From NCBI GenBank assembly GCA_030586555.1, contig JAURAC010000005.1, positions 71,959-101,001 of the forward strand: a stretch of 29,043 nucleotides of DNA, given 5' to 3'. Shown in pieces: positions 8,793-16,980 of this stretch; within the stretch, counting starts at the first letter, position 1, and every line of letters begins with the position of its first letter. Below the pieces are notes generated by a model. That model had not been told where the DNA came from and ran no database searches. It saw only the letters and a program-made list of their open reading frames with translations. This DNA comes from Candidatus Subterrananammoxibius californiae (GTDB lineage: Bacteria > Planctomycetota > Brocadiia > Brocadiales > Subterrananammoxibiaceae). Position numbers and translations under genes: made by a program.

Positions 8793-9842
8793 ATGAATAC
8801 CCATACAATCTTGGTTGTAGATGATGAAAAATATATCGTGCGGTCCCTCCAGAGGACATTAGTAGACGCGGGTTATAATGTGCTGGTTGCTACAAGCGGG
8901 ATGGAGGGACTCAAAATTCTGCAGGAAGAAAAAGAAGTTTCCCTGGTTGTTTCTGACTATAGAATGCCCATGATGGATGGAATTGAGTTTTTACAAAGAG
9001 TGAAAGATGGTTGGCAGGACGTCGTCAGGATAATGTTAACGGCTTATAACGATATTGCCGTTGTTGTACAGGCGATTAATAAGGGTGAGGTCTATCGTTT
9101 CATTTCCAAGCCGTGGGAAAGTGAAGAATTGAATGCAACCATACGCAAGGGTATTGCTTTATACGAACTTGTTCAGGAAAATAAGAGGCTCACAGAACTT
9201 ATTAAACAGCAGAACGAACAATTGAGATACTGGGGTCTGAATCTTGAAAAGAAGGTTGCGGAACAGGCAAACCGTATAAGGTCAATTTTCCTCTGCGCTA
9301 TCGAGTCGCTCGTACATGCCCTTGAAGCAAAAGATAAATACACAGAGGGACATTCCTTCAGGGTGGCAAGGTTCGCTACTTTTGTTGCAAGAAAATTGAC
9401 AGCGGTGGAAGAGGAAGTAGAAAAAGTTAGACTTGCAGCCTTGCTTCACGATGTCGGTAAGATTGGAATCAGGGAGGTCTTGCTACAGAAGCCGGGGAAG
9501 TTAACTCCGTCTGAAATGGAGCATGTTAGAACCCATGCCGTAATTAGTGAACATATCTTAAAACCAATATTTGAGGATAAAGAGGTAATGAGAATTATCA
9601 GGCATCACCACGAACATTACGATGGCAGTGGATACCCTGACGGCGTCGAGGGTGATGAGATTCCAATAGGAGCCCAAATACTTTCCGTTGTTGACGCCTT
9701 TGACGCCCTGACATCCGATAGACCTTATGTCAAGGCTCGAAGCAGGGACGATGCAATAGATGAGCTAAAAAGATGTTCAAGCACGCAATTTAACCCAATT
9801 GTAGTAGATGCGCTTATTAAGGTAATTAAAGAAGGATGGTGA
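8793..9842 (+). CDS. Response regulator with HD-GYP c-di-GMP phosphodiesterase domain (RpfG-like)
   Basis: REC motifs VVDD/SDYRMP/ISKP; HDVGKIG and HHEHYDGSGYP. Confidence 0.95.
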   Translation: MNTHTILVVDDEKYIVRSLQRTLVDAGYNVLVATSGMEGLKILQEEKEVSLVVSDYRMPMMDGIEFLQRVKDGWQDVVRIMLTAYNDIAVVVQAINKGEVYRFISKPWESEELNATIRKGIALYELVQENKRLTELIKQQNEQLRYWGLNLEKKVAEQANRIRSIFLCAIESLVHALEAKDKYTEGHSFRVARFATFVARKLTAVEEEVEKVRLAALLHDVGKIGIREVLLQKPGKLTPSEMEHVRTHAVISEHILKPIFEDKEVMRIIRHHHEHYDGSGYPDGVEGDEIPIGAQILSVVDAFDALTSDRPYVKARSRDDAIDELKRCSSTQFNPIVVDALIKVIKEGW

Positions 9843-9844
9843 TT

Positions 9845-10084
9845 ATGTTTCAAGTAATAAGTGCCATTTTCGAGAACGGGGTCTTTAAACCCCTTCAGTA
9901 GGTGAAGATAAAAGAGCACGAAAAGGTTGAAATAAAAATACTCTCCCGTGATAAGTGGCAGAATCAATTTAACCATATTATAGAGAAAATACACAAAAAA
10001 GCTGCGCATTATACCCCAGAAGAGATAGATACAGATATCGCTCAGGCAATAAAAGAAGTCAAAACAAAAAAACGTGGCTGTTAA
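9845..10084 (+). pseudogene. DUF104/AF2212-type antitoxin with internal stop
   Basis: MFQVISAIFENGVFKPLQ*VKIKEHEKVEIKI; in-frame TAG at 9899-9901. Confidence 0.8.
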
Positions 10085-10190
10085 AGCGGTTATTAACACC
10101 AATATCCGGGTCTCTGCCTTACTTAACCCCTTTAGACTTCCTGCCAAGTTGCTAAAATCATTTGAAAAGGGGCTTTTTCAGGTAATTATG
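10074..10190 (+). pseudogene. Truncated PIN-domain toxin
   Basis: KAVINTNIRVSALL matches the PIN N-terminal motif VIDTN..VSAL with Asp>Asn; homology ends after about 39 aa and the ORF reads on into repeat D. Confidence 0.75.
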
Positions 10191-10223
10191 AGACCTCTGA
10201 AAAAGCCACAAAATAGCACGAAA

Positions 10224-10297
10224 TGCCATTCTGAACTTGTTTCAGAATCTCCTATCAGCAAGCTACGACGCAATGCCGAAACGAGTTCGGCATGACA
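10224..10297. repeat. Family D palindromic doublet
   Basis: TGCCATTCTGAACTTGTTTCAGAATCT ... ATGCCGAAACGAGTTCGGCATGACA: two hairpin units in inverted orientation. Confidence 0.8.
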
Positions 10298-10306
10298 AAA
10301 CCAACT

Positions 10307-10365
10307 GGTAGACAACGAGGTTCTACCTCGTTGAAAATCAACGAACATAAAGTTCGTTGTCTACC
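10307..10365. repeat. Family C REP-like doublet, copy 2 (inverted)
   Basis: Reverse complement aligns with 3167-3224. Confidence 0.92.
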
Positions 10366-10382
10366 TATATAAAGGAAGGCAA

Positions 10383-13148
10383 ATGGCAGTGGATAGGAAG
10401 GTTTTTGGCGGTATAAGAAACAAAATCCTGTTTTGGTTCCTGATTATATTAATACCGCTTACCTTAGGTATGGTATCTGTAGGCTATTGGTATGGTAAGG
10501 GATTAAAAGAGGAGCAGATTGAATGTTTCCTCAATAGAACGGTTGAGATGGTGCGTAAAGAAGTTTATAGTTTCATAGAGGCAAAGAAGAGCAGAGTAAT
10601 AGACTTTAGCTCAGATGGATTTATTAGAGATGCTCTGTTGGAAATAAACCTCACAAGACCTGATAATAAGGATGTTGTTGAAAAGCTAAACCATCATTTA
10701 GCCGTAAATAAGGTTCCGTTGGACAGTGATATTATGTCAATTATGGTGATTGATTTGCATGGAAGATGTGTTGCCTCTTCTCAAGGGATATGGTTAGGCA
10801 AGGATTTCTCAAAGAAGGATTACTTTATTGAAGGGTTGAGGCAGGGGATTTTCGTTACAGATTTGTACCTTTGTGAGGATTTAGATGTGCACGATATAAC
10901 CATGTCGGGTATTTTAACAGATAGGAAATCAGGTGCTTCTATAGGAGTTTTAGCAATTTGCTTCAGAGGAAGCGCCCTTTCCAACATTACCAGAAGCTGG
11001 GATGTTACAAAAGGTAAGGACACCCCCAGATTCCACGGTATGGGCAGAACAGGGGAGGTGTTTATTGTTAATGAAGACCACAGGATGATTACAGAATCAA
11101 GATTTGTTGAAGACGCTATTTTGAGGCAGATTGTATATACCGAACCTGTTAGAGGTGCATTCTCTACTGGTAAGGAGACGACTGGAATTTACTTAGATTA
11201 CAGGGGGGTTGAGGTCTTCGGAAGTGCAAGACTAATAGACGCGTCCTCCTCAGGCAGATGGGTGACTGTTGCGAAAAAGGACTTAGCCGAGGTAATCGAA
11301 CCTATTAAGGGTTTAAGGAACATTGGCATAGGTTTATGTATTGTGGGTGCAGGGATAGTTGCCATTGTTGCCTTCTTTATAGCACGCAGTATAACTAAGC
11401 CCGTTCATAAACTCGTTACGGCGATGGAAAAGGTAGCAGAAGGCGACCTGGATTACCGCATATCACTCATATCAAAGGATGAGATTGGGTATCTCTCCAA
11501 CTCCTTTAACGAGATGACAAGCAGTTTGAAGAGGTCGAGGGATGAACACCGCACCCTCTTTAACGAGGGTATTGATGCCATGTTCGTCATCGGTGAAGGC
11601 GAGAAAATAACTGATGTGAACGAGGGCGCTTGTGACTTGTTAGGAAGGGAAAGAAACGCCATTCTCGGAACCAATATATCTGAGTTTATAGGATATAGTA
11701 ATAATATAGTAAAGGAGGCGATAGGCAAGACGTGGACGTTAGAGATAGGGGGAGAACACCCCACCCTTACTGTTTCCTTAACGTGTAAGAAAAGCGAAGA
11801 GGTTTTATGTGAATTAGACCTTAAGCGGATAGAGAATGGCATTTATGCAGTGTTCCGTGATATTACTGAGAGAAAGCGGCTTGAACAGGAGATTTCTGAT
11901 GAAAAACAGAGATTGGACGACATTGTAACTGAAATGGGTGCCGGACTGTCTTTAGTTGATAGGGACATGAAGGTCGTGTGGATGAATAAGACATTATCCA
12001 CATGGTTCGGAGAACAGAAAGATTTGGAAGGAAGCCTGTGTTATAGTGCATATTGGGATAATAAAGAAGTTTGTCATGAATGTCCTGCCAGGGAAACATT
12101 TGTAACTGGTACCGTTCAAAAGAGCATACATACGCATACAACTCCCGATGGAAAGCGAAAATGGTATACGGTTACAACTTCACCTATAAAGGATAGTAAA
12201 GGCTATGTAACGCATGTACTTGAATTAATTCAAGACATTACAGAAGAAAAACAGGCGGAGGAAGAATTTAAGAGGCTACATGATTCAGTAGTTCAGGCAA
12301 ACACAAGGCTGGAACTATACATTAACAAACTCAAGTCAACACAACAGCAATTGATTCAATCTGAGAAGATGGCTTCTGTGGGTCAGCTTGCGGCGGGTGT
12401 AGCGCATGAAATAAATAATCCTTTGAGTTACATTAGTAGCAATATTAACATTCTTAACAGCTATGTAGAAAGAATGGAGAAATTTCTAAAGAAGTGTGAC
12501 GAAGGTAAACCCATCTTTGAGAAGGGAGATTTTACCCAGATAATGACTTTCTTTAGAGAGGTGCAAGACTTAAGAAAAGAGATTGAACTTGATTTTGTCC
12601 TGCAGGATTTTAGGGCAATTGTTAATGATTCATGCGGTGGCGTTGAGCAGATAAAGAGGATTATTTCAAACTTGACCACGTTCTCTCGTGTTGATGAGGA
12701 GTTACCAAGGAATGTAAACTTAAATAGAATCATAGATGGTATCCTGACTGTGGTATGGGGTGAGTTAAAATATAAGGCAGAGATAATTAAGGAGTACGGA
12801 GATATTCCCGATATAAAGTGCTATCCTCAACAGCTTGGTCAGGTATTTATGAACCTTCTAACGAATGCCGCCCATTCGATAGAAGGCAATGGAAAAATTA
12901 CTATTAAGACTTATAAAGCGGGTAATAATATTTATGTTGAGGTAAAAGATACTGGTAAAGGGATGCCTGAAGAAATCCAGTCAAAAATCTTTGAACCATT
13001 TTTTACCACTAAGGAGCCAGGAAAAGGCACTGGACTTGGGCTCACCGTTGCGTATAATATTGTACAGAAACATTTTGGCAGAATAGAGGTGTCGAGCAAG
13101 GTTGGGGAAGGCACAACGTTTGCTGTTGTTATTCCGATAAGGGGGTGA
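10383..13148 (+). CDS. Sensor histidine kinase 2, paralog of 5339-8113
   Basis: Colinear along its whole length; H-box VAHEINNPL; near-identical HATPase region. Confidence 0.95.
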   Translation: MAVDRKVFGGIRNKILFWFLIILIPLTLGMVSVGYWYGKGLKEEQIECFLNRTVEMVRKEVYSFIEAKKSRVIDFSSDGFIRDALLEINLTRPDNKDVVEKLNHHLAVNKVPLDSDIMSIMVIDLHGRCVASSQGIWLGKDFSKKDYFIEGLRQGIFVTDLYLCEDLDVHDITMSGILTDRKSGASIGVLAICFRGSALSNITRSWDVTKGKDTPRFHGMGRTGEVFIVNEDHRMITESRFVEDAILRQIVYTEPVRGAFSTGKETTGIYLDYRGVEVFGSARLIDASSSGRWVTVAKKDLAEVIEPIKGLRNIGIGLCIVGAGIVAIVAFFIARSITKPVHKLVTAMEKVAEGDLDYRISLISKDEIGYLSNSFNEMTSSLKRSRDEHRTLFNEGIDAMFVIGEGEKITDVNEGACDLLGRERNAILGTNISEFIGYSNNIVKEAIGKTWTLEIGGEHPTLTVSLTCKKSEEVLCELDLKRIENGIYAVFRDITERKRLEQEISDEKQRLDDIVTEMGAGLSLVDRDMKVVWMNKTLSTWFGEQKDLEGSLCYSAYWDNKEVCHECPARETFVTGTVQKSIHTHTTPDGKRKWYTVTTSPIKDSKGYVTHVLELIQDITEEKQAEEEFKRLHDSVVQANTRLELYINKLKSTQQQLIQSEKMASVGQLAAGVAHEINNPLSYISSNINILNSYVERMEKFLKKCDEGKPIFEKGDFTQIMTFFREVQDLRKEIELDFVLQDFRAIVNDSCGGVEQIKRIISNLTTFSRVDEELPRNVNLNRIIDGILTVVWGELKYKAEIIKEYGDIPDIKCYPQQLGQVFMNLLTNAAHSIEGNGKITIKTYKAGNNIYVEVKDTGKGMPEEIQSKIFEPFFTTKEPGKGTGLGLTVAYNIVQKHFGRIEVSSKVGEGTTFAVVIPIRG

Positions 13149-13158
13149 GATGAAAGTT

Positions 13159-13254
13159 GGGTGGCACGGATAAACTTGTTTATCCGTGTGTGTTGAGGTG
13201 CACGGACAAACAAATTTGCCATGCCATGTCGGCATGACGTGGTCCATGCCACCC
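13159..13254. repeat. Family A doublet with a nested 24-bp hairpin insert (13219-13242)
   Basis: Aligns to the reverse complement of 5182-5255 once CCATGCCATGTCGGCATGACGTGG is removed. Confidence 0.88.
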
Positions 13255-13274
13255 CAATAAGGAATAAAAGACAA

Positions 13275-13814
13275 ATGAATAAACATACAATCTTAGTTGT
13301 AGATGATGCTGTGGAGGTTGCAAGGGCTATCCAGAGGGTATTGTTAGTAGGAGGTCGGGGTTACAATATGCTAATTGCCACAAGTGGAATGGAAGGGCTC
13401 AAGATTATGCAAAGAAAGAAGGTTTCTCTGGTTATTTCAGACTATAAAATGCCCGGGATGGATGGGATTGAATTTTTGCAAAGAGTGAAGGAAGGTTGGC
13501 AGGATACCATCAGGATATTGTTGACGGCTTCTAACGAGATTGGCACTGCTATACAGACAGTTAATAGTGGTTTGGTCTATCGGTTCATTTCCAAGCCATG
13601 GGATAATGATGAATTGAATAAAATTGTAGACGGGGCTATCGCCTTTTATGATATGGTTTCGGAAAGTAAAAAACTTACAGGACTTACTAAATGCAGAACG
13701 AATAGTTAAAATATTGGAGTCGGAATCTTGAGCGCGATTATAAGAAGATGTTCGGGCACACAATTTGACCCAGCCGTTGTAGAGGCTTTAATTAAGGCAG
13801 TTGAAGAGGGGTAA
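13275..13814 (+). pseudogene. Decayed paralog of the HD-GYP regulator: intact REC ORF 13275-13709, then frameshift, stop and about 510-bp deletion
   Basis: Aligns with 8793-9842; 1-bp deletion near 13691, TAG at 13703, and a remnant tail RRCSGTQFDPAVVEALIKAVEEG* matching KRCSSTQFNPIVVDALIKVIKEGW*. Confidence 0.85.
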
Positions 13815-13891
13815 AGAAGTATGTAATTCTGGTTTCAAACAATTTTCTCAAATCAAATAACAGTGCCACTTTAGCCTTTGAATAGTAAACT

Positions 13892-14284
13892 ATGGAATTT
13901 GACGTAAAAAAGACGGTATCTTACTGGTTAGAAGGGGCGGAGTATGATTTCGGAGTTGCTGATGCAATGTTTCAAACTGGCAAATACCCTTATGCCCTAT
14001 TCATAGGACATCTTGCACTGGAGAAGTTGCTTAAGGCCCTTGTGGTCAAAAATACCAGAAGCCATGCGCCTATAACTCACTCTCTCCCCTTTTTGGCGGA
14101 GAAGACAAGGCTTCTAATTACTGAGCCAATCCTTATTAAACTGAGAGAATTTATGGAGTTTCATTTTGAAGCCAGATACCCACGGCAAGAGATGATTTTC
14201 TATACTAAATGTACCAAAGATTATACAACAGAAAAATTGAACGAGATTAAGGAAGTATACAAATGGTTGAAAGAACAATTATAA
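13892..14284 (+). CDS. HEPN domain protein
   Basis: WLEGAEYD...ALFIGHLALEKLLKAL...THSL...ARYP. Confidence 0.9.
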   Translation: MEFDVKKTVSYWLEGAEYDFGVADAMFQTGKYPYALFIGHLALEKLLKALVVKNTRSHAPITHSLPFLAEKTRLLITEPILIKLREFMEFHFEARYPRQEMIFYTKCTKDYTTEKLNEIKEVYKWLKEQL

Positions 14285-14607
14285 AGATTATAGAACGGTT
14301 TGTGGATACGCTTGGAAAAGAAGGAATTAAAGTAGATAAGGTTATACTTTATGGTTCTTATACGCAGGGAAGACAGAGAAAGGATAGTGACATTGATGTG
14401 GCTATTATTTCAAGAGATTTTGGAAAAGACACGGTGGATGAAGGGATGAAGCTCTTTAGAATTGCCGGTGGTATTGACCCTCGAATAGAACCTGTTCCTG
14501 TTTCTCTGGAGTCATACGAGAAGGATACCTGGCTTCCGTTAATATATGAGATCAGGGAAAATGGTATTGAGATGAAAATTGGATGTAAGGAAGGTATATC
14601 ATTTTAA
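14263..14607 (+). CDS. Minimal nucleotidyltransferase (MNT), partner of the HEPN protein
   Basis: ILYGSYTQG...DSDIDVAIIS (GS-x10-DxD); overlaps the HEPN stop. Confidence 0.9.
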   Translation: MVERTIIKIIERFVDTLGKEGIKVDKVILYGSYTQGRQRKDSDIDVAIISRDFGKDTVDEGMKLFRIAGGIDPRIEPVPVSLESYEKDTWLPLIYEIRENGIEMKIGCKEGISF

Positions 14608-15893
14608 CAGATACTTTCCCCAACAAGATACCCCGTCGAGAATGCAGCCTGAAGATTGAATCCGCCCGTAGGACCGTCTACATCCAGAATCTCCCCGGCA
14701 AAATACAATCCTTTAAAGATTTTTGACTGCATGGTCTTGGGGTCTATCTCATCAAGGTTAACACCGCCAGCCGTTACCATTGCCTCTTCAATAGGGCGAT
14801 GTCTTATAAGGATAAGCCTCAAATCTTTTAACAACTTGGCGAGTTTTTTTCTTTCTGATTTACCCACCTGGGATGCCTTTTCAAATTCATCTATTTCACA
14901 TATTTTAAGCAGGGTAGGGGCAAGCCTCGGTGAGAGAAAACCATCTAAGGCATTTTTAATTTGCTTGCCACCGTGTTTCTTTAAATGATACAAAATGGTG
15001 TTGTCAAGCTCCTCCTGTGTGCTGTAAGGTTTGAGGTCAATTCTTAATGTGACAGGACCGCTGGGCAATGACTCAACAATCTTCTTACTCATATCAAGGA
15101 TTGTGGGACCTGAAATGCCGTAATGTGTAAAAAGCGCCTCCCCAAATTGTTCCGCAATACAGACACTTTTTTGAAATGCCTTAATCTTAACGTTCTTGAG
15201 AGGAAATCCCTGTAAGGATGTTACCCACCTTTCGGCCGTTTCAAAGGCTACGATGGAAGGATATGTTGGCGTAATAGTATGCCCCATCTCGGAAGCCATC
15301 CTGTACCCATCACCCGTGCTGCCCGTAGAGGGATAGCTGAGACCGCCTGTTGCTATTAGACAATTTCTACAGTATAAATCCCCCTTACCCCCCTTTGTTA
15401 AAGGGGGGATGGGGGGATTTGTTTCTACACCTGCAATTTCCCTGTCAGAAAGTTTTAATCTTACGGCATTAACGCCGCTATTAATTGTCACTCCATGTTC
15501 ATTCATATACGATATGAGCGCATTAAGGATTGTGTCAGCTCTCTGGCTTTCAGGGAAGACACGACCCTTGCGCTCTTCAACGGTAGCCACACCCCTATCG
15601 GCAAGGAACCGCCTCAAACTTTCGTTATCAAATGCGGTAAGTGCGGTGCGTAAGAAATTCCCAGCCTTACCGTATGCTTCTAAAAAGACGTGCATCGGAG
15701 CCGAATTGGTTACGTTACAACGTCCCTGGGCGCTTATGAGCAGCTTTTTGCCGAGGCTTTCATTTTTTTCCAGCAATAGAACGGTTTTTCCACGTTCTGC
15801 TGCTCGACCTGCAGCCATCATCCCTGCGGGACCTCCGCCAATTACTATGAGGTCATACACAGATTTTTCGTTTCCTTCAGTTTGTTCTTGCAT
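14604..15893 (-). CDS. NAD(P)/FAD-dependent oxidoreductase, YhiN/HI0933/BaiN family, carrying a 15-aa palindrome-derived insert
   Basis: IGGGPAGMMAA, GRCNVTN, ATGGLSYPSTGSTGDGY, GEALFTHYGISGP, GGFNLQAAFSTG. Confidence 0.95.
   Translation of the reverse strand: MQEQTEGNEKSVYDLIVIGGGPAGMMAAGRAAERGKTVLLLEKNESLGKKLLISAQGRCNVTNSAPMHVFLEAYGKAGNFLRTALTAFDNESLRRFLADRGVATVEERKGRVFPESQRADTILNALISYMNEHGVTINSGVNAVRLKLSDREIAGVETNPPIPPLTKGGKGDLYCRNCLIATGGLSYPSTGSTGDGYRMASEMGHTITPTYPSIVAFETAERWVTSLQGFPLKNVKIKAFQKSVCIAEQFGEALFTHYGISGPTILDMSKKIVESLPSGPVTLRIDLKPYSTQEELDNTILYHLKKHGGKQIKNALDGFLSPRLAPTLLKICEIDEFEKASQVGKSERKKLAKLLKDLRLILIRHRPIEEAMVTAGGVNLDEIDPKTMQSKIFKGLYFAGEILDVDGPTGGFNLQAAFSTGYLVGESIC
15376..15420. 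repeat. 45-bp C-rich/G-rich hairpin (family B-related), in frame in the flavoprotein gene
   Basis: AAATCCCCCTTACCCCCCTTTGTTAAAGGGGGGATGGGGGGATTT, encoding NPPIPPLTKGGKGDL. Confidence 0.88.
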
Positions 15894-15972
15894 TATATGG
15901 TGTCCATTGATAATATGAATTTTGAATACTGTATAGTGTGGATATTTATCATTATTTTATGGAGATGCAGGT

Positions 15973-16866
15973 ATGGACGCAAGTCAGATTTCTGCCAGAG
16001 ACAGTTTATTGTTAACCATTGACCTTCGTTTGATGTTATGGATTATTGGACTCTATGTATTAAGCTGCGTGGCGCATATAGGACAGGCGTGTGTAAGCGC
16101 TTTTTGCAAGAACCTTACGATGGGGAGGATAGCCACATGGCTGCTTTATGCGGCGGCAATTTCCCACACGGGTCTAACCGTACTTAGATGGGTTGAGGAA
16201 GGGAAGCCACCATTTCAAAATAAGTACGAGTGCCTTTCGTGGTTTGCATGGTCAAACGTCCTCACTTATATATATGTGCAGAGGAGATGGCGCAGGGTGA
16301 GCTTTCCAGGTGTTTTTGTAACGGTGCTTTCTATTGCGGCGATGTTTATAGCATTGCATAAGTACGACCCGGCAGTCGTCCCGCTTGCGCCGGCATTGCA
16401 GAGCAAATGGTATATATGGCATGTGCTTATCGCATTCTTCTCTTATGCAGTATTTGTGGTGGGATGCTCTATAGAGCTTTCGTATCTTTTCATGAGGCTG
16501 TCTAACTGGTTGGGTAAATCATGGGAATACTTTGGTCTTCCTGCGTCAGAAGTGGAGCCTTTTCACCGTTTAACGTTCAAATTAATTCTCGTGGGCTTTC
16601 CTTTGTTGACGTTTGGCATTGGTTCCGGCGCTGCATGGGCTGACGAGGCGTGGGGAAGATACTGGTCCTGGGACCCGTTTGAAATCCTGACATTAATTAC
16701 ATGGACCGCCTTTGCCCTGTATCTACATGCTATGGCAGTGCCGAAGTGGCGCAATGTGCTTGGCTCGGTCTTTAACGTGCTTGGTTTTGCATGTATGATT
16801 GTAACGTTTATGGGTTCAGGTTGGCTAACGAGGCTATTCGGCCTTTACAGTATGCATGCGTATTAA
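15973..16866 (+). CDS. ccsA: Cytochrome c biogenesis system II heme lyase subunit CcsA/ResC
   Basis: PALQSKWYIWHV, WWD domain GAAWADEAWGRYWSWDPFE, C-terminal MHAY. Confidence 0.92.
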   Translation: MDASQISARDSLLLTIDLRLMLWIIGLYVLSCVAHIGQACVSAFCKNLTMGRIATWLLYAAAISHTGLTVLRWVEEGKPPFQNKYECLSWFAWSNVLTYIYVQRRWRRVSFPGVFVTVLSIAAMFIALHKYDPAVVPLAPALQSKWYIWHVLIAFFSYAVFVVGCSIELSYLFMRLSNWLGKSWEYFGLPASEVEPFHRLTFKLILVGFPLLTFGIGSGAAWADEAWGRYWSWDPFEILTLITWTAFALYLHAMAVPKWRNVLGSVFNVLGFACMIVTFMGSGWLTRLFGLYSMHAY

Positions 16867-16867
16867 C

Positions 16868-16968
16868 AAATTCCAATTTACAATTTCCAAATCCCAATCA
16901 ATTACCAATGACCAATTATAAAAATTTTCCTTAATTTGGATTTTGGATTTGGGAATTGGGATTTTTAT
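16868..16968. repeat. Heptamer tandem palindrome between ccsA and ccsB
   Basis: CAATTTC CAAATCC ... CAATTAC CAATGAC CAATTAT facing TGGATTT TGGATTT GGGAATT GGGATTT. Confidence 0.85.
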
Positions 16969-16980
16969 TTAAGGTAGACA

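Noticed and set aside
9899..9901. Amber readthrough (pyrrolysine or alternative code) in the DUF104 gene
   Set aside because: TAG ends other genes normally in this window, and the partner toxin is also broken, so pseudogenisation is simpler.
13221..13274. N-terminal extensions in the ORF track (13221; also 26055 and 3230)
   Set aside because: The extensions at 13221 and 26055 run through repeat elements and 3230 starts just after one; homology supports starts at 13275, 26118 and 3251.
13851..13873. Remnant of the DUF104 start after regulator 2 (TCAAATAACAGTGCCACTTT versus TCAAGTAATAAGTGCCATTT)
   Set aside because: Too short and AT-rich to support homology.
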